Positions 22,801 through 34,432 of a stretch of 64,000 nucleotides of DNA are shown here, one piece after another. Made by a program: the position numbers and the translations under genes. The notes beneath the pieces were generated by a model. That model had not been told where the DNA came from, searched no databases, and worked only from the letters and a program-made list of their open reading frames with translations. Position 1 is the stretch's first letter; every line of letters starts with the position of its first letter. Source of the DNA: Orbicella franksi (lineage: Eukaryota); assembly GCA_964199315.1 (NCBI GenBank), contig OZ116699.1, positions 20,522,001 through 20,586,000 of the forward strand, given 5' to 3'.

Positions 22801-25800
22801 GCTTGTTTAAGATTGGTTCACTCCCTTTTCTTCTAAGGCGATTACTTAGAGTTGCTCTTAGTTGCGTTGTTCTCTCCGCATCGTCCAGAAATTCAGTCCA
22901 GCCAGTACTAAGGACTGGTGGAGAGTACTTACTACCAGCTAGAGAAGGCGACATCCACTGCGGGAGCAAATTACCCAAATTAAGGTTGCTGAATGCAATG
23001 ATACCAGCTTCTTTGTCATGGCCAAGATGCTGCAGAAGCAGTCCCACAATGTTGCTATAACCCATCTCAAGAGAAACCCTTAGTGAACTCTGAATGTCTG
23101 TGATTCCTTGAGTGAGAAGGAACTTGACCATTTCTTCCTTGCCGTTCTGGCAAGCACGGCAAAGTGGTGTGTTCTCGCCATGACCAGCATTGACATCTGC
23201 ACCCTTCTTTATCAGACAGTCAGCTCCTTTGAGAAGGCCTCCAGCACATGCCGACAGCAACATCTGTGTTTTCAGATTCCGTTCCCAGCCAAGATACCGA
23301 ATGCATTCGCTGGATAGAAACACAAGCTCTGGTTCTTCAGAGAAGTTTTCCAAAATGTAAAAAAGCCTTTCGTGTGCACAATTGTTCACCAAAATTGTAC
23401 TCTTCCCTTCATCTATTTGAGCAATGACCAGCATGGCTGCGCAGCCTTCTGCTTGAACACCTCTATCTTCCTTAGCCTCGCACATGGCCTGAATGACACT
23501 TGACACTGCCCTTTGACAATGATCATCTGACAACAAAGGTGCCAGCACCTGAATAAGAATGCATCCTTTCTGAAGTATTGCAGGTTCTGTTAGGTGCCTG
23601 CTCATCACATTAAAAATGGTATCCACACCACCATGATCTGAACTTTTAGAGACTAAAAGATCTGGAATTTCTTCAGCAGCAGCAAGCACACCTGATAAGT
23701 CGGGAAAGAGAAAGTACATTAATCACTGATGTAGGAAAATGTCTTGAAGATAGTAACAATATTCTTAGTTTCTAGTGCCTCAACACCTCACTGATGTGAT
23801 TAACCTCCCAAGCGTTTTCTTCAGAATACAAGTAATGAAGTGCCAAGAATGTGTCCTTGTTTGTTTGCTCCTGTAGTTGATGTTTTTTCGCCAATCATGT
23901 TTGTCGGTCTAGCTCAGATGATTATGATTATGTCAGGAAAACACGTGAGGCATTTCTGCTGAGGCAGCAATTTATAATTTGGTGAGTTTTGTTTTTTTTG
24001 TTTTCTCCTTTGAGTTAATTTACGGTTGGGGTTGGCTGGGGTAATCTACCACAAATACCAGGCAGGTACTACTTAAATTTTATGTATAAATTGTGCCCTT
24101 CCCTGGGATGAGAGCATTGTCACCAAGTTTTCCTTCAATTAGTAACAATTGTTAACTCCCTCAGTGGTTCAGAGGTAAAGTCTGCATACAAGCCAAGTGG
24201 CCCATCAGGCCAGAGCTTATCGCAGTGTCTGTACCATGAACTGACTAGGATTATTTCTGCTCCTCCCTGGATGGGATGCTAGTCTATTGCAGGGTTACCC
24301 ACAGCATTAAATCGCCGCTACCCATTTATACACCTGGCCAGAGAGAGGCACTGTGCAAGTTAAGGGTCTTGCTCAGGAACACAACACAATGTCCCTGACC
24401 AGGGCTCAAACCTGGACTGCTCGATCCAGAGACAAGTGCACTAACCATGAGGCCACGGCACCTCCACACTCCGCGGTTCATAATGAAAGTTCTTTTCTTT
24501 GTGCATGTTAAGGTGTACAAGAGTAGTTTTGAATTCACGAGCGAACATCAGTCATAGCTAATGAAACCATACTGGTCAAGAAAATTACAAAATTATTCTT
24601 TGACCACCAGAAATTTGAAAACATCGACCAATTCCAGTTGCAAACGAATTTTAGAAAAATGTTAAAAGCATTTAAACAATCCCCCTCCCCAACAAGCCAT
24701 AATATTTTTCGGGTAAGTACTTACCCAAAGCCTCTAATGAGATCTCTGCCAGGGATATCTGGTCTGGAAAATTGTCCATGGCATTCAAAATCATATAATG
24801 AACACCCTCAACAGCACTTTGATGCCAGACAAGCTCAACATCAGTTGCCAAGCAAGCAATTAATGCTATTGCTTCTTCTTGGACACCAACATGGTCTCCA
24901 AACCTGCAAAATCACAAGACTTCTCATTAACTTGTGAAAGCATTACCAGTTCATTTCTTTAGATGTACAATTGTTATACAATGAAGCTATAAGTCATTAC
25001 TCTTGCTAAGATTGCCATCAATTGCTTACCTTTGAGCACAATTGAAGATGAGCTCTAAAACACCACAGTTAACCAAGAGTTCTTTGTGACCACACCCAGA
25101 CAATGACAATCCTCGCAGTGCTCTGCAGCCCCACTGTTGAACTTCAGCTTTCCATTTGTGTTGCTTCATTGCATGGACAATGTTCAAGTGTAATCCTTTG
25201 GATATCAAAGACTGAAAAATACATGTAAATGTCATCATAACAGAAATAAACATCTGAGTGCCAAACAATACATGTAGTAACTAACTTGAAGATTTTTCTC
25301 TAATGAGACATTCATACAAGAAGCTAAACATTGAGGTTTAAAAATGAACCCTCCAGTTTCCATGTCTTTTGGCCTGCTAGAGTAGTTAAAAAATGCGGTG
25401 TGAGGCCTAAGGTATGGTGCATGCAGGAATATTTTTGAAGCATATGAAAGAAATGTAAGAGTTGCTCAAGACAATAACTGAGCGCAACTCTAGCATCTTG
25501 AGTGCTCTCCAAACTTTACACACCATAATTTGATAGTGCACAGCTAAAAGTAGCATGAAAATGGAAATGTACATCAAAACCAGCACAAGCATTAAGATAA
25601 TTTTTCTGACAAATCTATTCATTACGATGCATACTGAAATTGATTGTATGACATTGCTAAACTATGTTATAACTTACATTAACTAAATTGAAAATTATAC
25701 TTGTCAAAACAGGTAGATAAACAGGCGTTGCTGTTCTATAAAAACACTCTGCATTATTACCTTCCTTAGAGAGCTAGAGTTATTGACAATGGAAGCTAAG

Positions 25801-28800
25801 ACTCTACATGATGACTCGCATAGCTCTGGATCATCCATGTGTAACACCAAGGCAGCCATACTGCAGCTGTGTAAAGGAATGGTGCTATCACCAGGCTCAT
25901 CACCCATTTCATCCAACACATCAGGACAAACATCAATCAACTCTTGCAGGGCATGACAAGCAGCATGTAAGACTTCTGGGTTGTCATAATGGCTTGTCAT
26001 GGCAGTGAAAACCTCTCTCGTCCACATGCAATTCTGTATTTCTAAGAAAAACCATAAATATCTCAGTTGAGAGCTGTAATATGCCTCTTGTTTAGCTACT
26101 AACTTTAATCCTTGAAAAAGAACTATATAGTACATAATGTTCTTCTTTCTGAGGATTTGTAAACAGGGCATGATATGGCTTTGTGAATTGATTTACATGT
26201 AACTCCTTAATATTGCTTATGCCTAACAAGGACCACCATAACTTTTAAAAATGAATAAAGTTACTGTAATACATTGAGCTGACAATTTTGGATAATTGCA
26301 ACAGCGAAATTGTTGTGGGCATGTCAAATGCAGTACAAATAAAGCACAAATTCTGAACCTGCACTTGCCCCCTTCTTTAATAGCATTGCGCACAAGTGAT
26401 GTATATGATGGGCTTCTCATGTATGAAGGCTGTTTATGAATACCTCCATAGCAGAAAAAAATAGTATTATTGTACCCGATATTCAGATGTATCACCCACA
26501 ACAAAGCCAGCAAGCCAGCAAAGAAATACCATGAAGAAATACAGTAGATCCAATCCAATTCGTTTCCTTGCCTTGATGAAACTGGCCAGCTCTGTCTTCA
26601 CATATAAAAAACCTGAAAAACAGTTTTAGCCCGCGCTATCTATGTTACATGTAGCGCGCTGAACATATCAATATGCAGTTAAGGTCTGCTCACCGTCACA
26701 GATTTGCTTATGTGGTCAGATAAATGGCTCTATTAAAATCTAGGTCCTTAGAATTGCACAGTACATCTAAGTCTGCTATCAATGTGGAATTGTCTCAGGG
26801 ATAATACTAATGTCATCTTGTTCTATCGTATTCAAGGATTCTTGTCTGAGTTATGTGGGGGGTCTCTGGTGATGTAATATATTTTTAGAAACTGCGAGAC
26901 ACTATTCAATGCTGCATGTACATGTACTTGATAATTTTCCTTTGGCTCCACTCAGAACGCTTGCAGTTAAAACTGAACACTCTAAACAAAGTCTAGGTCC
27001 AGAAGAATCACATGTATTTTTGACTGGACTTTGATTCCACAATGTTGTATGCTACTTACCATGTTGCAGCTTTTTCTCAAGTGCCTCCGTGAGCAGGGCT
27101 AATGCAGTCAAGCCACTTTTCTGAATGTCAACGCAATCCTTAAAATTCTGTAACGCATGGAGAATTACAACTAGGACAATGCTCTGTTGAACTAAAATCT
27201 CCCTGTGAGACTCCAAGTCTGCCAGAAGTACCAGGAGTTGGCACCCAGCTGCTTGCACCCCAGGGCAATCACAATGTTTCTTCATTGCTTCTAATGCAAC
27301 AATAAATGTTCTCCCACGAACAAGAGTACAGCAGTTTTGTTCTGAAGATGCCAAAACACACATCAACTGTATACCTTGCTCTTGAATCTCTCCTTTTATA
27401 TAAAAAAAAGAAATAAAAAATACATGAAGATGAAGAATCTACATGCAATAAAAACTTAGAACAAGAAATACGACACCAGTGTCATAGACAAGAATGTAAC
27501 TGGAAAGCACTTGGACCAAACAGGCCCACACAGTCAGTGTTTATCCCAGATTTCATAGCATGAGCAACTAGGAGTCCATACCACACCACTTTCCAGCATT
27601 CCACTTCAGTGCATTTGAATAATAGTAGCAGGGCAAGATTGAGGTATATTTTTTCGTATGTTTGCTGTATTTTTGTCAACCCTAACCTTGACTTGGTGCC
27701 ATTGCATGTTGGAATGCAGTAAAGGTCTGTTGCAGGGTAGGAGAAACCCCAGATCTGATTTTTGCTCTTGGGCAAGTGAAAATAGAAGTTCAGCGGCACA
27801 AGTGAAATTAGCCTCAGTAGTCTTGTGAGTATGAACAAAATGTCAACTTGATAAATGATAATTTCCAGTCAGAAGACTGTAAGATCAGTTATGCATGGAC
27901 TAGTTAGGACTCCAAGCATTCTTTGTGTGAGTTTATCCTCTGATTTCCTTACTGGCTGCCACTATTTAAGTGGGGGCAAGGGAAAACTGAAATTTACTGG
28001 CCCAATTTCCATTTTGTTTTTCCTACCCTGTATTGTGTGTAGGAGATACACGGATTATAAGTAGAGACTACTCTTCCAGGTTTCTAGGGTTACTATGAAC
28101 TAATCCAAAAGCCTTTCTCAATGGCTTTACTCATCTGCCAAATACAAAGTCTAAGGGTCATTTTCCAAGGGTCTATTGAAAGAAAAAAGCAACACAGGGT
28201 ATAGAGAGGTCTAGTTGAGTCCAGAAAACAAAACATTTGATATGAACAGTAACGTGCTGACCGAAACGGAAATAGAAGTCAAATAAAACTCAGCATGCAC
28301 ATTGAGAGGATATGAAATCTACCCCTGAATTTATAGAGAGATAAACAGGGAATGGAGGAAAATGGCTTCTGACCAGCACGATAAATCATTACAGGGTTTT
28401 CAAATTGTAAAAAAGTTGCAGGAGGAAATCATAAAGTAGCCGGAACACTATCTCATTGTGATAACAGCAGCCTTGTGGAGGAGGGTGCTAGAGAGGAACA
28501 CCCCCCTTCTGCACAGGTAAATGGAGCGCTCACCCCGGAAAATTTTGAAAGTCAGGGTGCCTTGAAGTTTATTCCAGTGCATTTTTTGCACCCATAACTG
28601 ATTTTGTTGAAGGCCACTGTACACATATTGACGAGGGTTAGTGTGAAAAAACTTTGTGAAATTAGTTGCTTTCAGAGTTTTAGCATCTGATGTACTGGGT
28701 ATATGAGACCCTTCCATGCCTGGTGCATCGAACAAAAGCAGTGAGTAGATGTGTCAATTTTTTCTGTTTATTCTTTACACCCTAATACCAGTGAAGTTTA

Positions 28801-31800
28801 CAAAATGAATATAATTTCCTTGAATTCACTTTTAGAGAAAAACACTTAGTTTCAATCCCCCAAAATGCATCCGTCCCAAGATTGTTTTTGCTTTCATAAC
28901 AAAAGAGAGCTGCGACAAATCAATGGAATTGACGTAATACTTCCTTTTACAAACATGAATTATCACAACAAAGTCCGCGGTCTTGTTTCATTTCTACATC
29001 GATTTGTGGCAATTCACAGTTTCATCTGTCTGACATTCTCAACACTCACATTGTTGAAGGTTTTATTGCTAAGACTTCTTTCAATCTTTTGTTGAAAATA
29101 CATCTGGTGCAGTCAAGACCCTAACGAGTAACATTTCACAAGGAAGACTGCCTTAGCATTCACCATGCGAATGTGGCTACAGCCATGGATACTCTGGTCA
29201 ATTCAGCCTATGCGGATTGTTCTATCATTGCTTTCAGAACTGGAACAACATGTAATATTTGTTAACTCTAATTCTAAAATAATAGCTGCAATGTTTTTTT
29301 TCCCTCTGTTAGTGTTTATTTATTCCCTCAAAAATATCAGATTGCAATTACATTTAGTGAAACAGAATTGTGTATTACTGGTAATAAAATTTGGAATGCA
29401 AAAAGTACGCGGCGCAACTGCTTGAAGTAGCCAGTGATTTGTGCCAGGCGCCGGCTAAATGTGAAAACCCTGCATTATGGACAGAGCAGTAAAAGTGAAA
29501 ACATATGTCCTTCAGCAACAGACCATTTTCGTATTCTCGGTATTGGACTGGAACTAGCTTACAACTGAGGCTAATGTGGGGAGACTTTTCAAATGCAAAA
29601 GAAATTAACCTCTTCAACCCATTGACTCTCATGCTGCACGTGACCTGCCATGATGGGGTTGGCCTTTGTTCTACTTCTGACGTCATCACCTTTGACCAAA
29701 ATTGGCATCCTCTATACTCAAGTTCTGCAGGAGGAAACAATCTTTGCAATGATACCCAGATCAGAGTGACTGGCTGAATGGAGCCTGAAATATCTACGGA
29801 AATGCTTCAAAATTTGAGTGAAAAATCTGCAGCAAAATTTCCTGCGACTACACTTAGCTACCCTATGGTAAAAATTGCCTGTCTCAATGATGCTTTCTCA
29901 GAAAGTTTTGAACTGGAAGCTATCCCAGTGGAAGGTCAATCACTGGTGCAAAAAGATAAGAAAAGGAGAAAAAGGCAAGGCAAAAAAAGTTGAAAGAAAA
30001 CAGAAAGCCTAAAGACGTATTAAATGACTTTCTCAAAATTTCAGAATTTTGATTTCTGTGCATGCCCAAGCAAACATATCCTAAAACGCAGTGCTAGTGG
30101 AAAGAAAGGCATACTGTCTTGTTGCAAAAGACTTTTTGAGAAGATTGGAGCTAATTTGGCCCATACCCAGGCTGAAATTCTCTACAATGTCCAAAACATG
30201 CATTTTTGGCAAAAAGCTCCGGGAGTCAATGGGTTAATGAAATTTCCCCACATGAGCCTTCACTGTATGGTATTTCCATACCAACACAGAGAAAACAAAT
30301 ATGGCATATTGGTGAGAATGTTCACTATGCCACAAAGAAATTCCTTCAGTACACATACATCTTGATGGGTGCAATCAGGGTAAAGCTATAACTAAGCGTT
30401 ATTGTAATTTATTTGAGTGGCAATTTGAACTGCTGAATCTCAAATAAAGAAGTATTGGGAAGAAAATATGCCATTGAAGACTTTTGATTTGGGTAGAATT
30501 GTGACAAGAGTCTTCTTGGACAATAAGAAAGAGTTCAAAAGCAACTAAATGGAAAGCCATTAACAACCTATGGAAATTTTAGTAGATCAAGAACTTGATG
30601 AAAATCACTTGCAATCCTATGCTTAATGCACCATTATGCAGTTGATGATGCCCTTCTATTACCAAGCATTCACCTATCCAAATAGCACAAAAACCAATTC
30701 AAAAACACTTCCTGAAACTTGAACTTAAAAGCTAAATGGGAACACTTTCGTAAGTCTGTGGAGAAAATATTACTTCCATACTATATTCCAGATATGAACC
30801 CTAATTTTATTCAAAATGTGGTGATTTAAGCTAAGGGTGATTCAAAAGTCATCCAAAATCATTTTGATCACACTCTTAGGAAGTGCCCACAGTCACTGAT
30901 GGGTGCAGCTTTCATCTTGTATCATAATTATTATAGAATTTCACCATATGGGTAACATGATCTTCAATGCTACCAAAGGTCATGTACATTATGGCAAATG
31001 ATGAATTTAGTTGATAATACAGTGACTTGTCCACACTCTGAAGATGGATGTGAGGAAATTAAATTCATACAACCAAGCTTCTAAACAAAGTCAAGCCAAT
31101 AACATATCACACTCTCCAGGCGAAAGCAAAGCACATAATATGTGCGATGATAAAAAGTTATTTCTGCAATGTAAGGTCATGTCATACCTTTAAAAAGAAG
31201 TGAAAACTTCAAGTGATATGTAAGATATTATAAAAAATAAGTCAATTATGCATGTGGCTATTGTTATATAATGTAAGGAAAGACATGATGAGAGTAAAAA
31301 TCTAAAAATAAAAAAAATTAAACACATAAAGGAACTGATGTTGGGTAGGTTACACTGACTTAGTAACAAAATATCTTTTTCATGACCTTAGGCCCAGTCC
31401 AAACGCCGCTCCAAACACCGTTCCACTCATTTGCCGAACCAAACTTGATTAAGTTCGACTTTAGAGCGACATAAATCAAAGGCATACTGGTATTTTGTTG
31501 TCTTTATTTTTTGCGACGACTTTGAGCTTCATGCATGACTGGTCATGCCACTCAATTTTGAGCCAATCACGAGTCCTGCTATATGAAAAATAAATTGCAG
31601 TACTTTATGCATTAGGTTCGACACATGAGAACACCGTATGAATCAGCTGCTGCTCCAATGTTGCATAGTGCGACAGACCCTGCTGAATTTAATGTTGTTT
31701 GCCACACCAAACTTAACCTGCCAAACCAAAGTGATTCAAACGCCGCTCTTCTGCCGTACTTAACTCGTCAGTTAGGTTCGGCGCATGAATGGAGCAGCGT

Positions 31801-32684
31801 TTGGAACGGGCCTTATAGAAGGTAAAAAGCAAAGCAATTATTGCCTTGCTTTTTATTTACCTACAGTACATGTAAAATCATGTAAAAAGATATGTTAATA
31901 ATAAGTTAAAAACAAATCCATCTCTTACTTTTTGTTTGCCAAGAAAACAAGGAACATAAACACTTGCTGGCTAACCTGATTTAGCGTGTTTCTCCATGAT
32001 TTCTACCACCATACGATACTTTTTCCGTACATCTTTCACGTCCATGCTTATGAAGTCTGTCTGTGCAATCGGATCGTCTGAGAGTAACCGTGTTAAAGCT
32101 TCAAACGCGGGAATATAAAACTCCTCGTCCTCGCCAAAATGGCTCATTGCTGAAAGAACTGTATCGATAGCTCCATTATAGACAGCATCGCTTCTTGTCG
32201 TAGAAGAAGTGCACAGAGCAGACAATAATTTACAGCCTATAACTTGGCACATGTTGTCAGGGTGCCTTCCCATCATTTTCAAAATAAATCGTTGAGCCTG
32301 TTTCTTCTGCAGTTCGGATCTTACTTTTGGACTAAGCAACACAAGTCTGGAAAGCGCATAACAGCCGTCTAGTTGAATTTTGCGGTTGGTGTTAAAATCT
32401 TGCATTGCAGACATTATTGTCCTGTGAGCTTGCTCTCTTTCAAGAGGCTCTGAATCCACTTCGACTTCTTCGTCATCTAGAACCTCGGCTAGTAAACTCA
32501 TGCAGTTCTCCACTTGCGCCTCGTTAGAATTATTCTTGATATAACAGAGCAGTTTGAGTAATTCTTGTATATTTTCCTGGTTTAGTTCGCCTTCCAAGGC
32601 CATCGTAGGCTTTGCTCCGTTCAAACTTTCTAGCAGTCGGGAGCTTTGCTCACAAAAGGAGGTATCAGGGTAGATCAGGGCCAT
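13825..32684 (-). CDS. LRRK2: Leucine-rich repeat kinase 2-type ROCO protein (ARM-ANK-LRR-ROC-COR-kinase-WD40), complete, 13 exons, 2647 aa
   Basis: Coding exons 32684-31976, 27392-27060, 26041-25761, 25211-25030, 24903-24725, 23691-20293, 19985-19772, 18973-18531, 17895-17573, 17183-16965, 16514-16065, 15545-15342, 14832-13825; all GT-AG, phases join, total 7944 nt. N-terminal armadillo repeats; ROC VPYYRMKLVAVGQAGRGKTT; kinase LGDGSYGAVY, YRDLKPHN, DYGIA, GTPGYRAPE; WD40 LWVGLGTGHVVLVDPSTR; C-terminal helix HIRRRRELS. These match LRRK2 rather than LRRK1 (human sequence recalled). Confidence 0.93.
17248..17515 (+). mobile_element. tRNA-derived SINE (second family) in LRRK2 intron 9
   Basis: tRNA-like head with A-box-like CAGTGGTGA and B-box GGTTCGATTCC; body GGGTTTTTCACCGGTTCTCCGGTTTTCCTCCC; AT-rich tail. 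Confidence 0.7.
19198..19342. mobile_element. Short MITE in LRRK2 intron 7
   Basis: Inverted ends GGTTTTCAATTGAGTGTCGTAA / TTTCGACACTCAATTGAGAACC. Confidence 0.7.
24173..24470 (-). mobile_element. tRNA-derived SINE, family shared with 40702-41009 (LRRK2 intron 5)
   Basis: Minus-strand head CCTCATGGTTAGTG..GGTTTGAGCCC, conserved core GGTAACCCTGCAATAGACTAGCATCCCATCCAGGG, tail GCAGACTTTACC; colinear with the 40.7-kb copy. Confidence 0.85.
29618..30233. mobile_element. piggyBac-like MITE in LRRK2 intron 1
   Basis: Ends CCCATTGACTC / GAGTCAATGGG, flanked by TCAA (29614-29617) and TTAA (30234-30237), consistent with a TTAA TSD with one change. Confidence 0.7.
31391..31812. mobile_element. PIF/Harbinger (Tourist-like) MITE in LRRK2 intron 1
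   Basis: Ends GGCCCAGTCCAAACGCCGCTCC / GGAGCAGCGTTTGGAACGGGCC with a TTA duplication on both sides (31388-31390, 31813-31815). Confidence 0.8.
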
Positions 32685-34432
32685 TAGAAATCCTCTTTAA
32701 ACAAAACCCTCTAACAAACAAACGCTTTTCTTCTTCCTCAGTAGGCAAGACCAACTTGGATGATTAAATAAAATGAAAGAACTGATGTCATAATCGGAGT
32801 CCTTTCATAACTCAGCGTAACTTGAGCTCGTTGCACAACATTATTTGGGATGATCCGAAACCGCTCCCAACGTGAGGTTAACTGATCTGATCCCTTGTAA
32901 AAATCGATCGGAAATATACACAACACGTTAAACATGTGACAAATGCATGAATGACCAGACCATTTGTGGATCGATTGAGTTTGAACCGAGCCTGGGACTA
33001 TCCCAGACGACAAAAATTGTAACGGTCTCGTCCTTCCTACCTTCCCTCAAGCTTCCTTCCGATCCGACGCTCAAAATTCTGTGAAGCCGACCCTGGATAA
33101 AACTAGATGAATATTGCACCTCTGTCTGCAGTGTATACAGCATACAAGTACCTGGCTGAAGTGGCTATGCTGAGGACATGCTAGCAAATATCTTACTCTT
33201 TACTTTCAAGTCATTCGATGCTCTCCATGTTCTAGCTGCTTCGACAATGACGTCATAAAATTTCTTCGGAAACAGGCGAACATTTTCCGATTAGCCACAT
33301 CACTGATCCGATTTCGATCCGAGTGAGCGAGTCACAAGTCATCACCAAAAATGGTAGCCCCCTGAGCACCACGTTATCTTATTATTCCGGGAGAGGGATT
33401 TTCCCCACCGATCTGCATTGATCTTATGAATTAATGTCTAAGGGGGAAAAAAGCAGAGCCAAACAAAATATTGTTAGAGGACCCCACAACGACTGTTGAC
33501 TCTAGTTCTGTCCCTGAAAAAGACAAGCTCTGCTACTAAATATGAGACCGTGACCTGAAAAGAAACACACAGTACACAGGCTCTCTGTGGCAGAATAATT
33601 TTCACGTTAATTGACTTAATTCAATGAAAACGTAATCTAGTATTCCAGTTATTTTCATACTGTCAGTCATGGTCTTGACCAGTTATGGAAGTGTGATGTG
33701 ATGGTGTCAAGATTTGGCATCGTGATAATCACGAACCAAGGTCATAACCACAAAAGTAAGAAGCACGAAAGAAGTCTTGATGCTTATGTAATGAACCAGT
33801 ACACTGAAGACTCACTGAATGTATACATTTAGCTAAATAAGTATGAACATTTTCATAAGCTCTTAAAAATAACCGGGAGGGCTCCTGAAATAGATTATGC
33901 CGGCAGCTAGTGGAAGAGAGCACCGCATGCACGTGATTTTGGCACTAAGCTAGGTTTTCTATGATTTGCTGACTGTGTTTTTAATCATTTTAATAGTTTC
34001 ATAAATATAAAAGTTTCTAATTAGTACCATCATTCAGCTTGCTCTAATAAATTGATATTCTTCTCTAGTCTTATTTTTGGTATTGGATTTAACAGATCTT
34101 TTGGTGATGGTCTGTGAATTCCTTTACCGATTTACTTGCATTTGCAAAATATGTTTCTGGATTTGGCGACGATTCTGGGATTTTTAAACAACTTTCGGAT
34201 TTGTTTTAAATATTATTGTGGATCTAAAAATTTCATTTGGATCGTTTCTCTTGTTTAGACTTATGATTAATGATTATTTACCCTCAGGCAGTAGTAGTGC
34301 CACAGTAGTAGTAGGTAGTGTAGGTAGTATGAATGGTAGTGTGTATATGCATGCGGGGAAACTGGGAACGACATCAATGCAAAAATGGCGGAAAAGGGAC
34401 GAAGAACATTTCCGTGAATTAAAACCAAAGAA

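Noticed and set aside
25324-25622. ORFs in LRRK2 intron 3 as additional exons
   Set aside because: Exons 3 and 4 already join in phase 0, and these ORFs show no armadillo-repeat character or convincing splice sites.
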